Source of the DNA: Bacteroidota bacterium
GTDB lineage: Bacteria > Bacteroidota > Rhodothermia > JANXDC01
NCBI GenBank assembly: GCA_025059945.1
Contig: JANXDC010000011.1
Coordinates: forward strand, 141,856 to 205,855
Length of the DNA: 64,000 nt
Reading direction: 5' to 3'
Shown here: positions 1-10,373 of the stretch, in pieces
Numbering within the stretch: the stretch's first letter is position 1
Layout: each line of letters starts with the position of its first letter
Position numbers and translations under genes: made by a program
Notes under the pieces: model-generated
Databases searched by the model: none
Told to the model about the DNA's origin: nothing
What the model saw: the letters and a program-made list of their open reading frames with translations, nothing else

Positions 1-66
1 GGACATGACTTCTTCACCACGCTCCGCCAGAAGCTAGGCTGGGGTTGGGATCGCAGGGGCATGTAG
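1..66 (+). CDS. nadK: C-terminal end of a probable NAD kinase (partial, runs off window start)
   Basis: Frame 1 reads GHDFFTTLRQKLGWGWDRRGM*, matching the typical FFxxLRxKLxWG C-terminus of NAD kinases; only 21 aa are visible. Confidence 0.6.
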   Translation, partial: GHDFFTTLRQKLGWGWDRRGM

Positions 67-71
67 CCGGG

Positions 72-1496
72 CTATTGCGCTCTGCGGATGTTGAGGGAGC
101 TAGGGGGCTCCGCTTGGCGCACCTCCAGACGATCCTCCCGCACCCATATACGCCAGCCGGGGCGCGGATCGGGCCTCCGAGGGAGGCCAGGTAGCGACGG
201 AAGGCCATTCCGCAATGCCTCTTCGGGATAGAACACCCCTTCGCTTGAGCCCGGAATGCGCACTTCGCTTAAGCGTCCGTCGGAGAAGCGGAGCGTGATC
301 TGACGGGCCCTGATTTCAACGGCCCCATTGCGCGTTGTGTCCTGCCGCAGAAAATAGAGCACCTCGGCCCCCTCGAGCAATTCCAACGCCACAAGGAGGC
401 TGTCTTGAAAGACGGCCCGGATGCGGGACGCTCGCGCCTGATGGTAGCGTCCGCTTGCTGTGTCCTCCTCTAGCAGTACGGCTTGACCGTGGAGCCAGGC
501 TGAGTCCAGCTCCCCCTCGCGCGCGCCGATCCAGATCGAATCGGCGGCTAGCCAGGTGCGCTCCAGCCAGATCTGCGGCCTTCCGAAGAGCCACAGCGAG
601 TCCCGTGTGCCGGTCTTCTGCCTGTGACGCAGCCCCTTTAGATGGGCTGCGCGGGCGGCCATCCTGCGGGAGACGAGCTCTAGCCCCTCGGCTGCTTCCA
701 GGCGTTGCCGCAGCGAATCGAGTTCCACGGCCTCGACCCAATGGGCCCGAAGCCCGAGCGTATCGGGACGAGAGCCCGCTTGCAGGCGAGCCCAGAGGGG
801 GGCCCCGTCTGCCCGCAGGCGCCTGCTTTTGCGGTCCACCCACAGCTGGGGGCCCTGGAAATAGACCCGCTGCCGCAGATCGCGCCCGAAGACGCCTCCC
901 GAGGCCCGCGCCCGGTCCAGCTTGCGCCAATACTCCAGGGTGTCGGCGCGCACCTGCAGAGAATCTCGCCAACCCCAGAGCGCGACGGAGCCCGTAAGCA
1001 GAGCGCGCTTGGCCTCCGTCTCGTACAGGGCCTGTTGGGCCTGGATCGCAAAGCTCGTATCCTCAAGGTGGAGCGGACCTGTAAGCTCGAGCCGCTTCTG
1101 GCGATAGTCGTAGCGCGCCCCTTGGCTCTGGATGCGCGTTACCCCGTCGGAGTAGCGCAAAGGCCCTGCGACTTCCGCCACCCGCCGGCCGTGATAATAG
1201 GTGATCCGCCGGGCCCAAAGCGTATCGGTGGGTTGCGCGATCTGGATGCGTCCGAAAAGGTGGATCTCCTCTCGTTCTACGATCTGCAGTGCGCTATCGC
1301 AGCGCAGCTGCAGCTCCTCTTGGCGGATCTCCACGCGGCCGATAAGCTTCCGATAGGTAAGGCCCCCCACGGTCTGTCCCGAGAGCTCCTCTGCGTGCAC
1401 GATCTCGACTATGCGGCGCGGATTCTCTTGGCCGCGGACGAGCCCGGCCGGTAAAACGGAGCTTATCGCGAGAAGAAGCGCTTTACGTGCCCACAT
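72..1496 (-). CDS. OstA/LptA-LptD-like beta-jellyroll LPS transport protein
   Basis: Start reassigned to ATG 1496 (MWARKALLLAISS signal peptide). The sequence LIGRVEIRQEELQLRCDSA and repeated ADSI-type beta motifs fit OstA-like proteins; overlaps the lptC stop. Confidence 0.8.
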   Translation of the reverse strand: MWARKALLLAISSVLPAGLVRGQENPRRIVEIVHAEELSGQTVGGLTYRKLIGRVEIRQEELQLRCDSALQIVEREEIHLFGRIQIAQPTDTLWARRITYYHGRRVAEVAGPLRYSDGVTRIQSQGARYDYRQKRLELTGPLHLEDTSFAIQAQQALYETEAKRALLTGSVALWGWRDSLQVRADTLEYWRKLDRARASGGVFGRDLRQRVYFQGPQLWVDRKSRRLRADGAPLWARLQAGSRPDTLGLRAHWVEAVELDSLRQRLEAAEGLELVSRRMAARAAHLKGLRHRQKTGTRDSLWLFGRPQIWLERTWLAADSIWIGAREGELDSAWLHGQAVLLEEDTASGRYHQARASRIRAVFQDSLLVALELLEGAEVLYFLRQDTTRNGAVEIRARQITLRFSDGRLSEVRIPGSSEGVFYPEEALRNGLPSLPGLPRRPDPRPGWRIWVREDRLEVRQAEPPSSLNIRRAQ

Positions 1497-2019
1497 CCGG
1501 CACCGCGACGCGGCCCGTAACGCGTCGCACCCGATACCAGGACAGATCAAAAGCCGCCTCCAGGCCGTATCCTTCCAGCCACTCCTCAGGGGTTTGGATG
1601 CGCACGAAGCCGGGGCTTCGGATGCGTTCCTCTCCCTCCTCAAGCTCCAAAACCGAAGTCCAAAGCTGCCGATCCGCCACCCGGAGCCGTACGTCTCCTT
1701 GGAAGGCGATCCGGCGCGCCCGGGGCCAGTACGTTCCCTCCTGAGCCTCCAGCTCGGCCTGAAGGGGGCCGGATTGCCCCTCAAAAAGGCGCGCCCGAAC
1801 CCCTCCGCGCAAGATCATCACCGTTGAATCCGGCCGCTCGTATACAAGCAAGCGCGCCGCCCACAGGGATAGGCGCATCTGGCCGCGCACGGAAAGCTGC
1901 AGCCAGACCTCCTCGGCCTCTTGCGTGGGGGGCTCTTCGGTGGCCACCTCCAGGCCCCTCTGCGATTCTGTGGGCCGACAGCCCAGCAAAAGCACCAAAA
2001 GCAGGCCGACTCGGCTCAT
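1483..2019 (-). CDS. lptC: LPS export ABC transporter periplasmic protein LptC
   Basis: Lipoprotein-like N-terminus (LLLGC) and motifs GDVRL..LWTSVLEL..IRSPGFVRI..LEGYGLEA; directly upstream of the OstA-like gene. Confidence 0.75.
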   Translation of the reverse strand: MSRVGLLLVLLLGCRPTESQRGLEVATEEPPTQEAEEVWLQLSVRGQMRLSLWAARLLVYERPDSTVMILRGGVRARLFEGQSGPLQAELEAQEGTYWPRARRIAFQGDVRLRVADRQLWTSVLELEEGEERIRSPGFVRIQTPEEWLEGYGLEAAFDLSWYRVRRVTGRVAVPDVGT

Positions 2020-3500
2020 CGTTTCCAGAACGAGCGGCTAAACAGCACAAGCACCGTAAACAGCTCCAGCCGACCGACGAGCATAAGCGCGCTCAGCCAC
2101 AGCTTAGCCCCATCGGAGAGGTGGGCGAAGTGCTCCGCCGGACCGACCTCCCCGAACCCCGGCCCCACGTTGCCGATGCAGGTGATCGTGCTCCCGATGG
2201 CCGTGAGCAGATCCACTCCGGTAGAGGCCAACAGGAGCACAGACAGGGCGCATAGGCCTAGGTAAAGCGTAAAGAAGCTGAGCACATGCTGCAGTACCTC
2301 GTCTGAAATGACGCGGCTCCCGAGTCGGACCGGCAACACAGCGCGCGGATGCAGCAGGCGCCGGATCTCCCGGTTGGCGTTCTGAAACAGAATCAACAGG
2401 CGCACCACCTTAGGTCCGCCTCCGGTGGAACCGGCCATGCCGCCAACGAAAAAGAGCAGGAACAGGGTAGCTATGGCCAAGGGGGGCCATGCCTCATAGT
2501 CCGCCGTGGCGTATCCGGTGGTAGTGAGGATGCTGACGACCTGAAACAGCGCCATGCGCCAGGCGGCCTCCGCCGAAGGGGCCGACTCCAGGAGTGCTAT
2601 GAAAACTATTCCCGAAGCCAGCAGCGCGATCCCCCCATAGGCCCAGAGCTCCCGATCCGAGGCCACAGCCGCGACCCGGCCCAGAAGCAGCCGGTAATGC
2701 AGGGCGAAGTTTATACCGGCAAGCACCATGAACAGGATCGTCACGTATTCCACGTAAGCGCTCTCAAAGGCCCCAATGGAAGCCGAACGCGTCGAAAACC
2801 CCCCTGTAGCCATGGTCGTAAAGGCGTGCTGTAGGGCTTCAAGCAACCCTACGCGCGGATGTAGGGATAGCAGCAAGGTTTGGGCCGCGGTCAGCACTAG
2901 GTAAATGCCCCAAAGCCGCGTGGCGGTGTCCCGGATGCGGGGGGTGAGCTTATCGGGCGTAGGACCCGGCACCTCGGCCTTGTACAGCTGCATGCCCCCC
3001 ACGCCGAGTACAGGCAAGATGGCCAAGCTGAGTACGATAATGCCCATGCCGCCTAGCCACTGCGTGAGGCTGCGCCAGAAAAGCAGGCTTTGCGGCAGCT
3101 CCTCGACCCGAGGCCGACCCGGTCCGCCCAGCACGCTGGCGCCCGTGGTAGTAAAGCCCGAGGCGGTCTCAAACAGGGCATCTACGAGGCCCAGGCTCCG
3201 GCTCAGCGTAAACGGCAGTAGACCGCTTGCCGTGGCCACGATCCAGCCCCCCGTCACCACCAGAAAGCCCTCCCGCAGCCGCAGATCCTGCGCATGTCGG
3301 CGTAAGCTCCAAGCCAGGCCTACACCGGCGGCCATGCTGAGCGAGCTGGACAGCGCAAAGGCGCGCGCAGGCTCAAGCTCTCTGAACCCAAACGCCAAGG
3401 CTAGGGGCAGAAGCTGCGTTGCGCCCACAGCCGTCAGCACGACGCCCAAAGCGAAGCCCACCGCGGGAAGGCTAAACGGGGGAGTCCAAGAGAGGCGCAT
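2016..3500 (-). CDS. trkH: Trk potassium uptake membrane protein TrkH
   Basis: ETASGFTTTGA, QWLGGMGII, TMATGGFS, TTTGY, GSTGGG and GNVGPG pore-loop motifs. Confidence 0.95.
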   Translation of the reverse strand: MRLSWTPPFSLPAVGFALGVVLTAVGATQLLPLALAFGFRELEPARAFALSSSLSMAAGVGLAWSLRRHAQDLRLREGFLVVTGGWIVATASGLLPFTLSRSLGLVDALFETASGFTTTGASVLGGPGRPRVEELPQSLLFWRSLTQWLGGMGIIVLSLAILPVLGVGGMQLYKAEVPGPTPDKLTPRIRDTATRLWGIYLVLTAAQTLLLSLHPRVGLLEALQHAFTTMATGGFSTRSASIGAFESAYVEYVTILFMVLAGINFALHYRLLLGRVAAVASDRELWAYGGIALLASGIVFIALLESAPSAEAAWRMALFQVVSILTTTGYATADYEAWPPLAIATLFLLFFVGGMAGSTGGGPKVVRLLILFQNANREIRRLLHPRAVLPVRLGSRVISDEVLQHVLSFFTLYLGLCALSVLLLASTGVDLLTAIGSTITCIGNVGPGFGEVGPAEHFAHLSDGAKLWLSALMLVGRLELFTVLVLFSRSFWKR

Positions 3501-4847
3501 CTACCCCACCAAGCGACGCAGTTCGTCCAACGCCTCAGGCAAGGCGAAGACGATTAAGCGATCTCCGGCCTCTAGGCGAGTCTGCCCCGTGGCCACGACG
3601 GCGCTTCGGGCTCGCTGCAGCCCCCCGATGATGCTGCCACGAGGAAAGGATACGTCGCGCAGGAGTCTGCCCCGCAGCCGGCTGCGGGGGGAGACCTCTA
3701 GCTCCAGGATCTCGGCAGCCAAGCCTGGGATGGTGGTCACGGATAGCACGTGCGCACCCCGCACATAGCGCAGGACTTCGTTGGCCGCCGCGATCTTCTC
3801 GTTTACGGCCGCGTCGAGGCCAATTGTTTGGCTAAGGGGCACGTAATTGGGCTTGCTCACCAAGGCCACCGTCTTGGGCACACCCAGATGCTTGGCCATG
3901 AGACAGGTAACGAGGTTGTTCTCTTCATCTGGGCTTACGGCCAAGAAAGCGTCGACGTCCGCGATCCCCTCGCTGACCAGCAGGTCGATGTCCGTGCCGT
4001 CTCCATGAATGACCAATACATCCGGCAATTCGGCGGCGAGCTCCACGGCCCTGTCTCGGTCGGGTTCGATGAGCTTGATCGTATATCCGCCCTTTTGCAC
4101 CAGCCACTCGGCCGTCTTGAGCGCCACCGATCCGCCGCCCAGGATCATGATCGTGCGGATGCGCACGTTCTCCTTGCCTAAGAGCCGGATAATGGCCGGC
4201 ATCTGCTCTGTAGGCGCCACCACGAAAATCTGGTCGTTGCGCCGTAGGATGTCTCCACCTCCTGGAATGATGGTGCGCTGGCCCCGCACGATGGCCACGA
4301 TGCGGAACAAGAGCTCCGTATGCTGGTTTGCGAGCTCTCTTAAGGGGATGTTCAGCACCGGACACTGCGCATCGAGGCGGATGCCAACAAGTTGCATCTG
4401 CCCGTCGGCCAAGTTCAGCACATCCGTGGCCGCGGCGCGCTGGAGCAGAAGCCCGATCTCCTGTGCTGCGCTCTCCTCGGGATGGATGACGCGATCGATG
4501 CCCAGATCCTGAGGATGAATGAGCGCTCCGGGTCGGGTAAGCTCATCGTTGCGCACGCGCGCGATGCGCGCCCTGGCCCCCAGCTTCCAGCCCAGCATGC
4601 AGGCTACGATGTTGACCTCGTCGATGCTGGTGACGGCGATCAGGATGTCCGCCTGATGCACCCCGGCTTCCTTGAGGTCTCGAGCCGAGGTGGCATTCCC
4701 CTGTAGGGCCAGCACGTCGAGCTGATCCCGTAGACGGCTTAAGGCGGCCTCGTTTTTGTCAAGCACGGTGACCTCATGGCCCTCGATTGAGAGCATTCGG
4801 GCGATGTCGAACCCTACGGCCCCGGCTCCGAGCACGACGATCTTCAT
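3501..4847 (-). CDS. trkA: Trk potassium uptake NAD-binding regulatory protein TrkA
   Basis: Two RCK units (GAGAVG; GGGSVA), 448 aa, adjacent to trkH. Confidence 0.95.
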   Translation of the reverse strand: MKIVVLGAGAVGFDIARMLSIEGHEVTVLDKNEAALSRLRDQLDVLALQGNATSARDLKEAGVHQADILIAVTSIDEVNIVACMLGWKLGARARIARVRNDELTRPGALIHPQDLGIDRVIHPEESAAQEIGLLLQRAAATDVLNLADGQMQLVGIRLDAQCPVLNIPLRELANQHTELLFRIVAIVRGQRTIIPGGGDILRRNDQIFVVAPTEQMPAIIRLLGKENVRIRTIMILGGGSVALKTAEWLVQKGGYTIKLIEPDRDRAVELAAELPDVLVIHGDGTDIDLLVSEGIADVDAFLAVSPDEENNLVTCLMAKHLGVPKTVALVSKPNYVPLSQTIGLDAAVNEKIAAANEVLRYVRGAHVLSVTTIPGLAAEILELEVSPRSRLRGRLLRDVSFPRGSIIGGLQRARSAVVATGQTRLEAGDRLIVFALPEALDELRRLVG

Positions 4848-4983
4848 GTGGGCGGCACACTACTACTACGAGCTAGCCACAACCGCGCAAGTTTACGGCG
4901 TTGGCATAGATCCCGCAAAAGCACCGCACATGCGCACCAGCTTACCCTGCGCTAACTTTTCTGTGCCTTGATCCGGAGCGGCC

Positions 4984-5937
4984 ATGTCGAGCCCCGATCT
5001 TTCCATCGTGATTCCGATCTACAACGAAGCTGCGGTGTTGGAGGAGCTTCTGAAGCGTCTGCGCGCCGCGCTGGCGCCTCTGGATCTAGATTGGGAGGTG
5101 CTCTTCGTTGACGACGGAAGCCAAGATGGCTCTTGGGCCGTTCTGGAGCGCTTGGCGGCCGAAGACAGCCGCGTGCGGGCGCTGGGGCTATCGCGCAACT
5201 TCGGGCATCAGCGGGCGATTTCCGCAGGGCTGGAATGGGCCCGGGGGCGGGCCGTGGTGGTCATGGACGGGGACCTTCAGGATCCCCCGGAGCTCATCCC
5301 GGAGTTGCTGCGCCGATGGCAGCAGGGCTACGAGGTGGTCTACGCCGTGCGCACGCGGCGTCGGGAGCCGTGGCTTATGCGCACGGCCTACAGGATCTTC
5401 TACCGGCTTCTGTCCGCCTTGGCGGAGGTAGAAATCCCCCTGGATGCCGGCGATTTCGGGCTCATCGATCGCCGCGTGCTGGAGGTGATGCGCCGTATGC
5501 CGGAGCGAAGCCGCTTTGTACGGGGCCTGCGCAGCTGGTCCGGGTTCCGGCAGATTGGCGTGCCCTATGAACGCGCGGCCCGCGCCCGGGGCCGATCGAA
5601 ATACTCCTGGGGCAAGCTTCTGCGGCTCGCCCTGGATGGGCTTTTGGCCTTCTCGAGTGCGCCGCTGCGTCTGGCCACCTGGATGGGGTTTTTCGTCTCC
5701 TCGATAAGCTTCGTGGGGATCGTGCTGTATCTATATCGGTACTTCACCACGCCCCGCGTGCCGGGCTTTACGACGCTTATCATCGCGCTGCTGTTTTTGG
5801 GTGGCATTCAGCTGATCACCATCGGCATCATCGGCGAGTACATCGGCCGCATCTACGAGGAGGTCAAGCAGCGCCCCCTGTACGTGGTCTACCGCACGCT
5901 CAACCTTGACCCCCCGCCAGGGGCCAGCCTATCTTGA
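4984..5937 (+). CDS. GT2 glycosyltransferase, GtrB/polyprenol-phosphate sugar transferase type
   Basis: IPIYNE, VDDGSQD, SRNFGHQ, MDGDLQDPPE, GDFGLIDR, two C-terminal TM helices, GEYIGRIYEEVKQRP. Confidence 0.92.
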   Translation: MSSPDLSIVIPIYNEAAVLEELLKRLRAALAPLDLDWEVLFVDDGSQDGSWAVLERLAAEDSRVRALGLSRNFGHQRAISAGLEWARGRAVVVMDGDLQDPPELIPELLRRWQQGYEVVYAVRTRRREPWLMRTAYRIFYRLLSALAEVEIPLDAGDFGLIDRRVLEVMRRMPERSRFVRGLRSWSGFRQIGVPYERAARARGRSKYSWGKLLRLALDGLLAFSSAPLRLATWMGFFVSSISFVGIVLYLYRYFTTPRVPGFTTLIIALLFLGGIQLITIGIIGEYIGRIYEEVKQRPLYVVYRTLNLDPPPGASLS

Positions 5938-5946
5938 ATTGCAACC

Positions 5947-7185
5947 ATGCATCTGGAGATCACCTCCGAAGTCGGACGCCTGCGGGCCGTAATCGTGCAC
6001 ACCCCGGGTGCGGAGGTCTCGCTTGTGCACCCGGACCAGCGGGCGGAGCTCCTGTTCGAAGACATCATCTTCGAACAGGGCGCCCGCGAGGAGCACCTGA
6101 ACATGCTCGCCTTGTTTCGCAAAGTACTGCCCGACGGGGAGGGGATCTACGACATCGCCAACTTGTTCCGCCAGGCTCTGGAGTATTCCGAGGAGGCGCG
6201 CGCCTTCTTCGTGGAGCGCTTCGTGCAGTTACACCCCCTGCAGAACCTCCGGCCCTTTGAGCGGGATCTGAAGCGCTTAGAAGCGGAGGCACTCTATGAG
6301 TTGGCCATCACGGGCCGCTCCCCCCTTCCGATCACCGTTCCGCCCACGCCCAACCTGATGTTCACGCGCGACCTGGCCGCCGTGGTGGGGGAGCACATTC
6401 TGCTCAGCCGCGCGGCCACGCCGGCGCGGGTGCGCGAAAGCCTCATCATGGAAACCGTGGCCCTCTACCATCCGTTCTTCTCCGCTCATCCAGACCGGGT
6501 AATCCTACTCGACTATGGGGTCACGCTCGAAGGCGGCGATTTGATCGTGGTCAACGAGCATATTGTGATGATCGGCCACAGCGAGCGCACCTCCTTCGGG
6601 GGGGCTCTAAGCGCCGCCATGGAGTTGTTCCGCCGCACCCGCGTCAGGCACGTGCTGCTTGTAGACATCCCCAAACAGCGTGCTTCCATGCACCTGGATA
6701 CGATTTTTACCTTCACCAGCCCTCGGGAATGCGTGGTTTTTCCCCCTTTGGTGGAACTGCCGCGCTACAACGTGGTGCACCTGTTCCCGGAAGGCGAGGG
6801 GATGCGCGCGGAGCTCAAGCCCAGCATCCGGGCCGCCCTGGAGGAACTCCTGGGCCATGAACTGGTTTTCATCCGCTGCGGCGGTTTGGCCGAAATCGAC
6901 CAATACCGCGAGCAGTGGACCGACGGGGCCAATGTTTTCGCCCTGGCCCCGGGCGTGGTGATCGGCTATGAGCGCAACCAGAAGACCTTCCAGGAACTGA
7001 AAGCGCACGGCTATAGGGTCGTCAAACAGCGCGGGTTTTTGGATTCCTACGAGGATGGCGGCTTCCCCGTCGACGGTTCGGAGAAAATCGCCGTCATGTT
7101 CGAGGGCTATGAGCTTTCGCGCGGTCGAGGTGGCGCCCGGTGCATGACCCTACCCTTGGCCCGCGATCCCATCGCACAGGCATAG
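5947..7185 (+). CDS. arcA: Arginine deiminase family protein
   Basis: SEVGRLR, PNLMFTRD, LEGGD, MHLDT and ELSRGRGGARCMT catalytic motifs are intact. Confidence 0.88.
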   Translation: MHLEITSEVGRLRAVIVHTPGAEVSLVHPDQRAELLFEDIIFEQGAREEHLNMLALFRKVLPDGEGIYDIANLFRQALEYSEEARAFFVERFVQLHPLQNLRPFERDLKRLEAEALYELAITGRSPLPITVPPTPNLMFTRDLAAVVGEHILLSRAATPARVRESLIMETVALYHPFFSAHPDRVILLDYGVTLEGGDLIVVNEHIVMIGHSERTSFGGALSAAMELFRRTRVRHVLLVDIPKQRASMHLDTIFTFTSPRECVVFPPLVELPRYNVVHLFPEGEGMRAELKPSIRAALEELLGHELVFIRCGGLAEIDQYREQWTDGANVFALAPGVVIGYERNQKTFQELKAHGYRVVKQRGFLDSYEDGGFPVDGSEKIAVMFEGYELSRGRGGARCMTLPLARDPIAQA

Positions 7186-7193
7186 GAGGTCCC

Positions 7194-8375
7194 TTGGAGC
7201 CCCGTCAGCCCGTCGCAGCTCCCGAAGCCGCGCCCACAGAGGCGCTTCTTGCCCGCACCAGTCGCCCTTGGGTGCACGTGCTGCTATTTGTGCTCACTTT
7301 CCTCTCCGTCACCTATGCGGGTATCGGTTGGGTGGGTCGGGACCTGGTGCATGGCGCAAATTGGTGGGGCTACGTGCAGGACAGCCTGCACTTTACAATC
7401 CCGTTTTTGCTCTTTCTCACCGCGCACGAGTTCGGCCACTACCTAGCCGCCCGCCGACACGGGGTCCGGACCACCTTGCCGTACTACATCCCGATGCCGT
7501 TTATAAGTCCGATCGGCACGCTGGGGGCCGTTATCCGAATCCAGGAAAAGGTGCCCGACAGCCGCAAGCTCTTCGACATCGGCATCGCCGGGCCGCTGGC
7601 CGGCTTCGTGGTATCCTTGGCCACGCTGCTGTATGGGTTCCTCACCCTGCCCCCTCCGACGTACATGCTGCAGTTCGGAGGCCATGCGGAGCTGCACGCC
7701 CATTTGCTCCAATACGGAACTTTCGCCGGCTATGAGCCCTCGGGAAACCCGCTGCGGATTGGCTCCACCCCCTTGTATTGGCTTCTGAGCCAGTTATCGG
7801 AACACACCCCCCCAATGTATGAGATGTATCACTACCCCTATCTCCTCGCCGGCTGGCTGGGGCTGTTCTTTACGGCGCTCAACCTCCTGCCCATTGGGCA
7901 GCTAGACGGCGGACACATCGCCTACGCGCTCCTGGGGCCGCGTTGGCATGGGCAGCTGGCCCGGTTCGCCGTGCTGCTGCTCCTGTACCTCGGCGGGGTG
8001 GGGCTAATCCGGGAGCTGGGGCCGGTGCTATACGAGAGCCACTCCTGGGGGGTGCTCTGGACCTGGCTGCTCTGGATCCTGATCGCGGCCTATTTCGTGT
8101 ACCGACTTTACGGGCCGGATTGGGGTCGGGCCCTGCCCGTGCTCATCGTGCTCTTGGTCTGCACCCAGCTAGCCGACTGGATACCCCAACTGGCCGCCTG
8201 GGGCTACTCGGGATGGCTCCTCTGGGTCGTATTGCTTATCGCCATAATCCGGATCGATCATCCGCCCGTGCTCTACTTTGTTCCTCTGGATTTTCGGCGC
8301 CGAGCACTGGGCTGGCTGGGGTTTGTGTTGTTTGTGCTCTGCTTCAGCCCAACGCCCTTCAACGTGGCCTTCTAA
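7194..8375 (+). CDS. Site-2 protease (M50 intramembrane metalloprotease)
   Basis: HEFGH zinc motif, GIAGPLAG and NLLPIGQLDGGH; probable TTG start at 7194 behind a GGAGG ribosome-binding site. Confidence 0.9.
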   Translation: MEPRQPVAAPEAAPTEALLARTSRPWVHVLLFVLTFLSVTYAGIGWVGRDLVHGANWWGYVQDSLHFTIPFLLFLTAHEFGHYLAARRHGVRTTLPYYIPMPFISPIGTLGAVIRIQEKVPDSRKLFDIGIAGPLAGFVVSLATLLYGFLTLPPPTYMLQFGGHAELHAHLLQYGTFAGYEPSGNPLRIGSTPLYWLLSQLSEHTPPMYEMYHYPYLLAGWLGLFFTALNLLPIGQLDGGHIAYALLGPRWHGQLARFAVLLLLYLGGVGLIRELGPVLYESHSWGVLWTWLLWILIAAYFVYRLYGPDWGRALPVLIVLLVCTQLADWIPQLAAWGYSGWLLWVVLLIAIIRIDHPPVLYFVPLDFRRRALGWLGFVLFVLCFSPTPFNVAF

Positions 8376-8401
8376 AAAGCGCACGGACAGAAAAAACGCG
8401 A

Positions 8402-8448
8402 AAACGAACAACCGTTCGTTTGCATTTGCTAACCGCATTGCATATATT
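8402..8448 (+). promoter_or_regulatory. sigma70-like promoter with overlapping PaaR-type operator
   Basis: TTGCAT(8420-8425)-17 nt-TATATT(8443-8448); inverted repeat AAACGAAC-N4-GTTCGTTT (8402-8421). Confidence 0.6.
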
Positions 8449-8459
8449 TCGATTCGGTT

Positions 8460-9035
8460 ATGGGGCGGATTGACGACATCTGTCGCGTGGCCGAAAGCCT
8501 CTTTAGCGAGCGTGGCTATCATGCCACAAGCGTTCGAGACATTGCCCGGCAGTTACGGCTACAGGGGGGCAGCCTGTATGCACACATCGCAAGCAAGGAG
8601 GACCTGCTCTGGGAGATCGTTCGGCGCGCAGCGGAGCAGTTTTTGCAAGCTATCGATGAGGTGCTGCGGGCCGAGGCCTCTCCGGTGGAGCGTTTCCGGC
8701 GCGCTTTCCGGGCCCATTTCTCCCTGATCGCCCAGAACTTGGCCGCGGCCACGGTGTACTTTCATGAATGGCGGCAGCTTTCCCTTGAGCGGCGCAAGGC
8801 CATCCTGGAGCACCGGGACGCTTACGAGGCCGCCTGGAGAAAAATCATACAGGAGGGGATCGCGACGGGACTCTTCCGGCCCGTCGATCCCGCCATGGCC
8901 GCGCGCGCCGTTTTGTCCGTGGCCAACTGGTTTTATCAGTGGTACCGACCTGAGGGGCCGCTCTCGGCCGAAGCCATCGCCGATGCACTTAGCGAGATCT
9001 TACTACACGGATTAATCAAGGAGAGCGCCACATGA
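8460..9035 (+). CDS. paaR: TetR-family regulator of phenylacetate catabolism (PaaR-like)
   Basis: TetR HTH ([25 protein letters not shown]) and C-terminal [11 protein letters not shown]; first gene of the paa operon. Confidence 0.8.
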   Translation: MGRIDDICRVAESLFSERGYHATSVRDIARQLRLQGGSLYAHIASKEDLLWEIVRRAAEQFLQAIDEVLRAEASPVERFRRAFRAHFSLIAQNLAAATVYFHEWRQLSLERRKAILEHRDAYEAAWRKIIQEGIATGLFRPVDPAMAARAVLSVANWFYQWYRPEGPLSAEAIADALSEILLHGLIKESAT

Positions 9036-9979
9036 CCCAGGCTCAGCTGGAAGCCCGCCGCTTGGAGCGTTTTGAGGCGCGCGTTGCCCGCGGGGAGAAG
9101 ATCGAGCCCGGCGACTGGATGCCCGAGGAGTATCGCTATGAGCTAGCTCGGCTCATTCACAATCACGCCAACTCCGAAATCATGGGCGCCCTGCCGGAGG
9201 GTTCCTGGATCCCGTATGCTCCCACGCTCAAGCGCAAGATGGCCCTCACGGCCAAGGTGCAAGATGAAGTGGGGCACGGGCATCTGCTTTACCGCGTCGC
9301 GGAGACGCTCGGCAAGTCTCGGGAACAGATGCTCGAGGAGCTCTTCAGCGGCAAGGCCAAATATTCGAACGTCTTCCACTATCCGGCCGAAACCTGGGCC
9401 GATGTGGGCATCATCGGATGGCTCATCGACGGGGCGGCGATCGTCAACCAGACCATGATGGCCCAGGGCTCCTATGGGCCCTACGGCCGGGCCCTGAAGC
9501 GCATCTGCGCCGAGGAGTCCTTCCACATCAAGCATGGATACGACATCGTGGTCTCCCTGGCCACCGGTACTCCAGAGCAGCGCGCCATGTTGCAGGATGC
9601 GCTCAACCGCTGGTGGGAGCCCATCATGATGTTCTTTGGTCCGTCGGATGCGCGCTCCGTGCACACGGAGAAGCTTGTGCGCTGGCGCATCAAGCTTAAG
9701 ACCAACGACGAGCAACGGCAGGAGTTTTTGCGCAAGTTCGTGCCCAAAATCTGGGAGCTGGGCCTGACGATTCCGGATCCCAACCTGTACATCGATGAAG
9801 AGGGTGTGGTCCACTACACCGAACCCGATTGGGATAAGTTCCTCACGATCGTGCGGGGTGGGGGGCCCATGAGTCAGGCCCGGCTGGCCACGCGCCGGTT
9901 AGCCTGGGAGGAGAACGCCTGGGTCCGCCAGGCCCTGGCGCTGGCCGAGAAGCGCTACGCGGACTTCCCGATCGCATAA
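9032..9979 (+). CDS. paaA: Phenylacetyl-CoA epoxidase subunit A
   Basis: [27 protein letters not shown] and EESFH di-iron motifs. Confidence 0.95.
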   Translation: MTQAQLEARRLERFEARVARGEKIEPGDWMPEEYRYELARLIHNHANSEIMGALPEGSWIPYAPTLKRKMALTAKVQDEVGHGHLLYRVAETLGKSREQMLEELFSGKAKYSNVFHYPAETWADVGIIGWLIDGAAIVNQTMMAQGSYGPYGRALKRICAEESFHIKHGYDIVVSLATGTPEQRAMLQDALNRWWEPIMMFFGPSDARSVHTEKLVRWRIKLKTNDEQRQEFLRKFVPKIWELGLTIPDPNLYIDEEGVVHYTEPDWDKFLTIVRGGGPMSQARLATRRLAWEENAWVRQALALAEKRYADFPIA

Positions 9980-9983
9980 GGCC

Positions 9984-10373
9984 ATGGCCCAGCCCGGATG
10001 GAAGTTTTCCCCGTATCACCATCGGATCCCTGAGGCCCTGGAGCGGGCCCAGGGGCCGCTGCCTCCCTCGGATACGGAGTGGCCTGTCTGGGAGGTGTTT
10101 CGGCAGCCGGAGCGGGGTGAGCCGCATCTGCATGTGGGCAGCGTGCACGCGCCAGACCCTCAGACGGCGCTCGTGCTGGCCAAAGAGCAGTTCAGCCGCC
10201 GCGAACCTTGCGTACAGCTCTGGGTTGTGCGCGCCGAAGCCATCTACGCCACCCCGTATGAGGACGCGGACATCTTCGAGCCCGCTCTGGATCGCACCTA
10301 TCGGCTAGCAGCCGGCTACAAGGTGCGGCCGCGCATCCGCAGGGCCCAGGAGGAAGAGGGGGGGCAGCCATGA
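9984..10373 (+). CDS. paaB: Phenylacetyl-CoA epoxidase subunit B
   Basis: WPVWEVF..HVGSVHAPD..AKEQFSRREP..LWVV. Confidence 0.9.
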   Translation: MAQPGWKFSPYHHRIPEALERAQGPLPPSDTEWPVWEVFRQPERGEPHLHVGSVHAPDPQTALVLAKEQFSRREPCVQLWVVRAEAIYATPYEDADIFEPALDRTYRLAAGYKVRPRIRRAQEEEGGQP

